Source: Candidatus Cloacimonadales bacterium (GTDB lineage Bacteria; Cloacimonadota; Cloacimonadia; Cloacimonadales; JAFGVF01). From it: 64,000 bases of DNA. The notes under the pieces are model-generated. The model was not told the origin of the DNA, searched no databases, and saw nothing but the letters and a program-made list of their open reading frames with translations. Each line of letters begins with the position of its first letter. Position 1 is the stretch's first letter. Position numbers and translations under genes: made by a program. This document shows positions 58,501 to 64,000 of this stretch, in pieces. The stretch spans positions 160,001 through 224,000 of the forward strand of contig CAXXOU010000003.1 in NCBI GenBank assembly GCA_963677495.2, given 5' to 3'.

Positions 58501-60297
58501 GCTCCATACTGAAGAAGCAGTTGCATCACCGTTATAATTGTAAGAAACAACTTGCCAATAATATGTAGCACCTGCAGTTAGTCCGGAATAGGAATATGTT
58601 AAAACATCACCTTGATCAACACCATTAAGAACGTTTGTTGGAGGGTTATCTGTACCTAAGTATAAGTCATAACCTGATGCTAAATTAGCAGCATTCCACT
58701 CAAGAGTACCTGAGTCAGGTTGATCGCCAGCAGCATCTGTTGGTGCAACTAAAGTTGTAGGATCAGGTAATGTAGCATCTCCGGTTCCTGTTACAGCAAC
58801 GGTTTGGGTTGCTCTTGTAGTATTGTCTACAATCACAACATTGTCACTAAGAGCACCACCAACTGTTGGAATAAAGTTTACATCAAATGTAGCACTAATT
58901 CCAATACCAAGAGTGAGAGGATAGCTATTAGCATCTACTATACCAAAATCAGTTCCTGTTTGCATTGCAATAGAGCTAATTACTAAATCAGCTCCACCAA
59001 CGTTTGTTATTGTGAAAGTTTTAGAAGTTGTTGTACCATTTAACTGTGTACCAAAGTCCCAACTTTCAGGGTTAATAGAGAAAACTGGGGTAGTTGGAAC
59101 TGCACCAAACTCCATTCTAATGTTTGGAATGTATGCTTTAGCATTTCCAGCAGGAGGACTAGCAGGATCTGGATTATTACTGTCATTATGATATTCATAT
59201 GATCTATTACCTGTTACAGTTGAGCAAAAGAACTCGTCACTACTAGTATCGTATCCTGAAGCATTATCTTCGATTGCTATAACCAAATTGTCTATGTTAT
59301 TGTAAACAAATGGTAAGGCTAACGGTAACTCTATCCACATGTCTGAATCAGGAACTGGGTCAAGAGTTATACTTGCAACTTGGGTTAAATTTGCTAGTGG
59401 GATCCAATCTGTTAGCTCTGTAGCTGATGTATGTCCCATATACACAACCCAATCTGTAGTTGCACTCAAATCTGATCCACCGTTATAATGATACCAGATT
59501 TTTTCAATTCTTTCACCACTTCTATCTATCTCAGACTGCAAATAGATAGATTGAGAATATGAGTAACCATAATACGGCTCAACAGGTAAAGATTGATTTG
59601 TAACAGTTTCTGCACCAATTTCAACAATATTGGCACCAAGTACAGTTGTAAAAGAATAAACTGAGCCATCAGTTGTAAGCCTAGCTACACTGTTTTTTGA
59701 TAAAACATACCAATAGTAGGTTGTGTTTGTGCTTAAATCTGAGCTTGGAGTATAGGAACCTGTAGCTCCGGCAGCTCCATCTGTTACAACTTGTGCTACT
59801 GGTGGATTGACAGTATCAAAATAGAGATCATAAGTCTCTGTATTTGCACCAAAATCCCAAGTAATTGTTGGTAATACTGCTACACTAATAGCACCATCAA
59901 TTGGACTAGGGTTAGATACTGCTGCAGGTGCACTAGCACTTGGAACAACTATTGGTGTAGTAATGCTACCTGGAGTAGCTCCACCTGTACCCTCTGATGC
60001 TACTAAATTTGAATTTTGATCATAAATGTAGTATTCATTTTCTGTGGACCATGAACCTGCACTGTACGATGTTGTGATCTCATCTCCACCTGCTACAGTT
60101 AGAGTATGGTTTTCTGGACCACCACCACTTGATATTGTTAGACCGGATAACACGGTAGTACCATTAACACTAACGTCAAGGGCGCCACCATTCCATCCAT
60201 CTCCGTAAGTATCAATCAGCGTAACTGTCCAATCAACAGAAAAAGCTGTAGATACAAACAAGATGAACATGAATAAAAACAAAATCGTTTTCTTCAT
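55510..60297 (-). CDS. Large secreted surface protein: five FN3-like repeats, ASH/choice-of-anchor-D-like, MAM-like and lamin-tail-like domains, C-terminal sorting domain
   Basis: Repeats P.D....L.W....GY.L.FGTDNPP....TYYWQVVP.N..G.....WSFTT; FTITNVGGADL.I; IISEVN....VELYN; YPNPFNPTT...SGIYF...RKAALLK. Confidence 0.85.
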   Translation of the reverse strand: MKKTILFLFMFILFVSTAFSVDWTVTLIDTYGDGWNGGALDVSVNGTTVLSGLTISSGGGPENHTLTVAGGDEITTSYSAGSWSTENEYYIYDQNSNLVASEGTGGATPGSITTPIVVPSASAPAAVSNPSPIDGAISVAVLPTITWDFGANTETYDLYFDTVNPPVAQVVTDGAAGATGSYTPSSDLSTNTTYYWYVLSKNSVARLTTDGSVYSFTTVLGANIVEIGAETVTNQSLPVEPYYGYSYSQSIYLQSEIDRSGERIEKIWYHYNGGSDLSATTDWVVYMGHTSATELTDWIPLANLTQVASITLDPVPDSDMWIELPLALPFVYNNIDNLVIAIEDNASGYDTSSDEFFCSTVTGNRSYEYHNDSNNPDPASPPAGNAKAYIPNIRMEFGAVPTTPVFSINPESWDFGTQLNGTTTSKTFTITNVGGADLVISSIAMQTGTDFGIVDANSYPLTLGIGISATFDVNFIPTVGGALSDNVVIVDNTTRATQTVAVTGTGDATLPDPTTLVAPTDAAGDQPDSGTLEWNAANLASGYDLYLGTDNPPTNVLNGVDQGDVLTYSYSGLTAGATYYWQVVSYNYNGDATASSVWSFSIVGNAPRPVTLVSPADEATETEVDLTLEWNSSTGAAGYYLYFGTDNPPTNVENGTDNGTDLTYSATGLANGTTYYWQVVPYNGVGPAAGCPVWSFTTYANTVTSFPYTYSFDTATLHPAWTIDPIVSGDSWEIGNTELGGHGATAEHTGNGGYMAVIDDSTPETVPAHLYSPDFDMSTLTNPILNFWYWIGDNSNTSELHIDVITGTGTDASVAVLTDASGSLGWQEANVALNTYAGQTISIDFRAMESSSYEGDISVDDIRIFDNVNPPAATTLVSPADAATDVALTGNLEWTFVSLADGYYLNFGTDNPPTNIMSNADQGITNTYAYSGLNTGTTYYWQIVPFNANGNATGNAVWSFTTTSSVPDPATNPEPADGYVEAPVNGTLIWDASTLADGYYLNFGTDNPPTNVLNMHDNSTDLSYTYSGLSYLTTYYWQVVPHNAAGNAVNCPVWSITTQADPRIQPPYLQTFDWSTSVPDKWDTNMSVRTSWGIAGSNTLYKNLWSSTPTCYAELENVTNIDANDYVYYYYRIVDYSGAPNNATTLGSGDQIVLAASTDDGNTYTPIYTVDETTHTTSTGWAKVEVPLAAFVGNDVKFRFDCARGTGDWYILIDNFFVGPVESNVIISEVNTGTTQYVELYNAGTITQSLLGWTLHQVSPLESVQFAVGLDTNMGSSYLLYPGDYVTIFNTTYADFMLAYPSFIGDYVASTDVPQIVNGSWIYLDDGISKSIVDQFGSATSGATVGTIYERKDAESNGDDVATDWTPAATPTPNQDNENDIDNDNALPVQLTSFAATTLTSNDEGTFVQLEWIVESESNISGYNVYRNNTDQVEDIYQINSEIIIAENEASQHSYSYNDTEVELAETFYYWLESVSIDGISKFFGPVEITIEEVDGPDTPEVQLVTTMKSIYPNPFNPTTQVSFTMKEEEDVRVSVYNIKGELISVLHDGLKPKGENIVVWDGRDNNGNACSSGIYFFRMNTKGYTAVRKAALLK

Positions 60298-60732
60298 ACA
60301 CTTTTCTCCTTTTTAATTTTCCTCCAAAAATAAGTACCCTATGGTACCCTTCAATAACAGATTAAAGATTAATTCATCTATATTTGTGAAGTTCCTCTTT
60401 AATACTTTATATATAACTAAACAAAAATAGACTTTGCTTAACAGTATGTCAACATAAATGTTGTACAACTAGAATAGTAACCAAGACAAACTTACGATCT
60501 TGGAAAAGTTTCCAAGAGCATACCGCTTGTATTTTTCGGTGTTTAGAGTAAACAGTGTTAACTTTTTGAAAATCCAGCAACGATACTTCTTTTTTAGCAT
60601 CTATCTTTAACAATCTTATACATCATAGTCAAATTATGGATGTCAAACCTCAGATTCTGTCACGTTGATACAATGAAATCAACCTAGTCTCATCCTTTTA
60701 ATCCACATCTGCTTCCCCTTAGCTTCCTGTTA

Positions 60733-60829
60733 GCTCCCCGTTAGAAACTCGTTACAGGAGATGGGAATGGGGTTAGACCTAGATGGGTTAAAGAACCCTG
60801 AGCTATTTCTCTTAGAAGAGTGCACTTTC
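60733..60829 (+). repeat. Dispersed repeat family B, copy 2
   Basis: Ungapped match to 11872-11968; preceded by two extra 11-bp units GCTTCCCCTTA GCTTCCTGTTA. Confidence 0.8.
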
Positions 60830-60860
60830 CGATACGAACCAAGCATACCAATGGTATTCC

Positions 60861-60948
60861 TTACCACGGGTCAACCACGGGTCTCCCATAGGTTAACCAC
60901 GCCTCCCGTGGTTTGGGCGTGGTTTAACCGTGGTTGATCCGTGGTTAA
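60861..60948. repeat. Symmetric 8-unit, 11-bp-period array (4 forward + 4 inverted)
   Basis: ACCACG at 60863, 60874, 60896 (degenerate CCCATA at 60885); CGTGGTT at 60907, 60918, 60929, 60940. Confidence 0.85.
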
Positions 60949-61313
60949 ATATGTCATTGAGCTAAATCATTAATATAGAATTGAAGATTATTTGCTAACA
61001 CTAAGTTTTGAGTTTAATTATTGATATATAACGTTGGAGATTAGTCAGTTATTCATGGGTTTAAGGTTAGATGAAGTTATTAATATTTATGAGATTATGT
61101 TCACGATGAGTGATCTCATGAATGAAAAAGTTGGCATGGCTGTCTAAGTTAAATCCATCTTGACACGAACTTACTCAAGACAAAACGCTAAAGTAGCATA
61201 TAGAAACTTTGCCTTTCTTAACACTACCGCTGAAGTGTTGATAAAAGCATCTTTTGCTTGACATCAGAAAATCAAGATTTAAGTAGTATTAAGTAATAAT
61301 TAATGGAGGATAA

Positions 61314-61952
61314 ATGCGGAGATTAATAATATTTGTAATTGCAATGGTAGCAATTATCCTTAGTGCATGCAGTAAGTCAGGTGCAGATTTGGTAGTTCAT
61401 AACAATACAAGCAATAGAATGTGGGTTAATTTTGATGATAATGAAATTCTTATCAATAGTAATGAGAGTGTTTCTAAACATTTTTCTACTTCAGAGCAAA
61501 ATATGTTCAGCGGAGAGGTTGAAAAAAAAGTTGAAGTTGGAATAACAGGTGAAACTTATAGAATTTATGATTACAATGAGCAAGAATATGTTGAAAATAC
61601 AAAAGTGACTCTCAAAGCAGGAGAAAAGGAACATATCTACTGTAGATCAAATTTAGCTTGTTTGAAAATAATCAATAATTCATCTCATGATTTGCTAACA
61701 GTTAGATACATAAAAACTTATCTTAGTGGACAAGCATTTCCTACAACTGTATCCTTCAATGAACCTTTAGGAGAAGGGGACGAATGGTTTATCCCTGTTG
61801 ACGGTCAGTATGACCGTGATTTCTATTATCTTGTTGAGCTTCATTTTGAAAATGATCTCATGCTTACTTATGGTGATGAAGAAAGTACTAAACTTGAAGT
61901 TGATGAAGTTAACACACATTTAATTACTAATGAACATTTTGGGAGACGATAG
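61314..61952 (+). CDS. Hypothetical lipoprotein
   Basis: GGAGG RBS; LSAC lipobox; beta-rich. Confidence 0.65.
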   Translation: MRRLIIFVIAMVAIILSACSKSGADLVVHNNTSNRMWVNFDDNEILINSNESVSKHFSTSEQNMFSGEVEKKVEVGITGETYRIYDYNEQEYVENTKVTLKAGEKEHIYCRSNLACLKIINNSSHDLLTVRYIKTYLSGQAFPTTVSFNEPLGEGDEWFIPVDGQYDRDFYYLVELHFENDLMLTYGDEESTKLEVDEVNTHLITNEHFGRR

Positions 61953-61954
61953 GA

Positions 61955-62977
61955 ATGCTAGAAAGAATTGCAGACCCCGTTGAGAAACTTAATGAAAAGG
62001 ATTTTGATAGAGCCCTTAGACCTAAATCACTGGACGATTTTGTAGGGCAGGATCAGCTAAAAGAGCTCTTGGAAATCTCCATTCAAGCGACAAAGCTTAG
62101 AAATGAGCCACTAGACCATATACTTTTTTATGGACCTCCAGGGTTAGGAAAAACTACTTTAGCCAATATTATAGCTAATGAACTCAATGTTAGTATAAAA
62201 GTAAGTTCCGGTCCAGTATTAGAGAAACCTTCTGATTTAGCTGGTGTACTAACTAACATGGGGATGCATGAAGTACTCTTTATTGATGAAATTCATAGAA
62301 TGAACCATGTTATTGAAGAATACATTTATCCGGCTATGGAAGATTTCAAAATGGAGATCATTCTTGATAACGGACCAAGTGCAAGAAGTGTGAATATTGA
62401 TCTAGAGCCTTTCACAATGATAGGAGCAACTACCCGAGCCGGTTTGCTAACTGCTCCATTAAGAGATAGATTTGGGATAGTTTTAAGGCTTAATTATTAT
62501 GACATAGATTCTATTAAAACTATAATCTTCCGCTCCGCTAGAATCATTGGTATTCCAATCGAGGAGGATGGTGCGCTAGAACTTGCTCGAAGAAGTAGAG
62601 GAACACCAAGAATAGCTAACAGGCTTTTGCGTCGTGTTAGAGATTATGCTCAAATCAGAGGAGATGGTATCATAACTAAAGACATAGCCCTTAAAGCCTT
62701 GTCAATGCTCAATGTAGATAGTGCCGGACTTGATGAAATGGATAAACGAATTTTAGCTACAATAATCGAAAACTACCATGGTGGGCCTGTAGGGGTAAAG
62801 ACTTTGGCAGTAGCAGTTGGTGAAGATGCTGGTACTATTGAGGAGATATTTGAGCCCTATTTGATTCAGCAAGGTTTTCTTGAACGTACAATGCAAGGTC
62901 GTAAAGCCACTCTAAAAGCGTATAAACATCTTGGTATCGAAGTTTCAAGTGAACAGATGACAATCTTTGAGGACTAA
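61955..62977 (+). CDS. ruvB: Holliday junction branch migration helicase RuvB
   Basis: LRP..L.DFVGQ, GPPGLGKTTLA, FIDEIHR, GATTRAGLL, SRGTPRIANRLLRRVRD, EPYLIQ.G. Confidence 0.98.
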   Translation: MLERIADPVEKLNEKDFDRALRPKSLDDFVGQDQLKELLEISIQATKLRNEPLDHILFYGPPGLGKTTLANIIANELNVSIKVSSGPVLEKPSDLAGVLTNMGMHEVLFIDEIHRMNHVIEEYIYPAMEDFKMEIILDNGPSARSVNIDLEPFTMIGATTRAGLLTAPLRDRFGIVLRLNYYDIDSIKTIIFRSARIIGIPIEEDGALELARRSRGTPRIANRLLRRVRDYAQIRGDGIITKDIALKALSMLNVDSAGLDEMDKRILATIIENYHGGPVGVKTLAVAVGEDAGTIEEIFEPYLIQQGFLERTMQGRKATLKAYKHLGIEVSSEQMTIFED

Positions 62978-64000
62978 TTGTCAAATAAATCTATCTTTAG
63001 CTCAGTGCGTTGGACAGTTATAAGCTCCATCATTAGGAAGATTTTCTCTTTTTCATTATTTTTTGTTCTAGTCAGGTACCTTTCTAAAGATGATATAGGT
63101 CTATTCAGGGAGTTTAGTCTTATTCTAAGCTTTGGTTCTGTCTTCTTTTTAGGAAGCCTAAATCATTTACTTGTTATTAGTAAAGATAGATTCAGTAGTA
63201 ATCTGAGAGTTGTATTAAAGCTTGTAACTTTTAGTAGTATAATCGGCTCTGCTTTATTGTTTCTACTTGCTCCACACTTGGGTAGATGGTATAATAGTGA
63301 TGTACTGACAACAATTATTCGTTATACAACCGGATTTCTGTTGTTGGAAAACTTCCGAAGATTACTCACAAGCGTGCTACAAAGGGAACTCAAACTAAAG
63401 CAGCTTGCAAACGCACAGACCTTAAACGTCATATTTTACTCAGTTTTAACCTTGATAGTTGTTATGTTCAGACAAAGTGTCTGGGTGCTCATTCTTGGTT
63501 TCTATAGTGGCAATCTTCTAGAGTTGCTATTACTTCTTTGGTATAGTAGAAACTCTCTTATAGCATGTAAGAAAGATGTTTCAATAACTACAAATTCTTT
63601 TCTTACTAAGAATAAGAAATTCTTGAGAATTGCTTGGATTAATGATGTTGTAAATAACTTTTCAGGAAACGTACCAATACTTGTTCTCGGAACAATATTT
63701 CCACTTGCTGGTATGGGAGTTTATTATCTTGCTAATCAAGTAATCATTATACCGATAACTGTAATAACTACTGCTTTATTACAAGTATTTTTTCCTGCTT
63801 TTTCAAGGAAAGAGACTCATACCGTTGCACAACACTTTATCGAATTCAGTGATTTTATAGTACTTGTTGCATTCCCACTGTTAGCGTTATATACGATTAC
63901 TGCTTGCAGTTATGCTCCTATTCTATTTGGTGCAAAATGGGCTGAAACAAGCAACTTCATGTTTCTGTTATCAGCAGCAGCAGCAATGAGTCTTTTAATG
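62978..64000 (+). CDS. Oligosaccharide flippase (Wzx/WzxC-like); truncated by window end, not in ORF track
   Basis: TTG start right after the ruvB stop: MSNKSIFSSVRWTVISSIIRKIFSFSLFFVLVRYLSKDDIGLF...; later G.YYLAN, VFFPAFS, LFG.KW; hydrophobic, runs to window end. Confidence 0.8.
   Translation, partial: MSNKSIFSSVRWTVISSIIRKIFSFSLFFVLVRYLSKDDIGLFREFSLILSFGSVFFLGSLNHLLVISKDRFSSNLRVVLKLVTFSSIIGSALLFLLAPHLGRWYNSDVLTTIIRYTTGFLLLENFRRLLTSVLQRELKLKQLANAQTLNVIFYSVLTLIVVMFRQSVWVLILGFYSGNLLELLLLLWYSRNSLIACKKDVSITTNSFLTKNKKFLRIAWINDVVNNFSGNVPILVLGTIFPLAGMGVYYLANQVIIIPITVITTALLQVFFPAFSRKETHTVAQHFIEFSDFIVLVAFPLLALYTITACSYAPILFGAKWAETSNFMFLLSAAAAMSLLM

Noticed and set aside
1793..58986. Numerous 60-180-aa ORFs antisense to or nested in confident genes (e.g. 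1842..2276, 25112..25654, 33311..33652, 50704..51051)
   Set aside because: They fully overlap well-supported CDSs and look like shadow ORFs
61955..62977. ruvB without adjacent ruvA/ruvC
   Set aside because: Separation of ruv genes is common and not informative alone

Overview
AT-rich bacterial chromosomal window with about 50 protein genes. I see no rRNA, tRNA, CRISPR array or prophage. Several features point to a diderm anaerobe, plausibly Cloacimonadota (inference, not verified): four secreted proteins with a C-terminal 'YPNPFNP...SG(V/I)YF...K...(L/M/I)K' FlgD-Ig/T9SS-type-A-like tail, BamD, CpoB and phosphate butyryltransferase. Housekeeping and accessory genes include a porin-pstSCAB-phoU operon with a four-repeat Pho box, an orphan groES with CIRCE, an NlpD-like gene next to a short sigma-70 factor, rlmH, ptb, acyP, nadD, tkt and ruvB. 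There are also three histidine kinases, GH130/GHL10 enzymes, and MarR and TetR/MATE modules with visible operators. One complete IS21-family element (36550-38909) has a 7-bp target duplication. The most unusual content is non-coding. (i) A 115-bp dispersed element occurs in three copies and carries ~11-bp-phased CCCT motifs plus an inverted pair of DnaA-box-like 9-mers; the IS21 landed in one of these boxes. (ii) Several intergenic arrays are built on an 11-bp period with different core motifs, and homologous copies differ by 22- or 32-bp blocks. (iii) There are GTAG-type REP clusters and a 3x191-bp REP-doublet array. (iv) Two direct-repeat hairpins bracket an FG-GAP secreted-protein gene. Also found: a frameshift-split secreted-protein gene, an unannotated OadG-like small ORF and a caspase-fold protein lacking its catalytic dyad.
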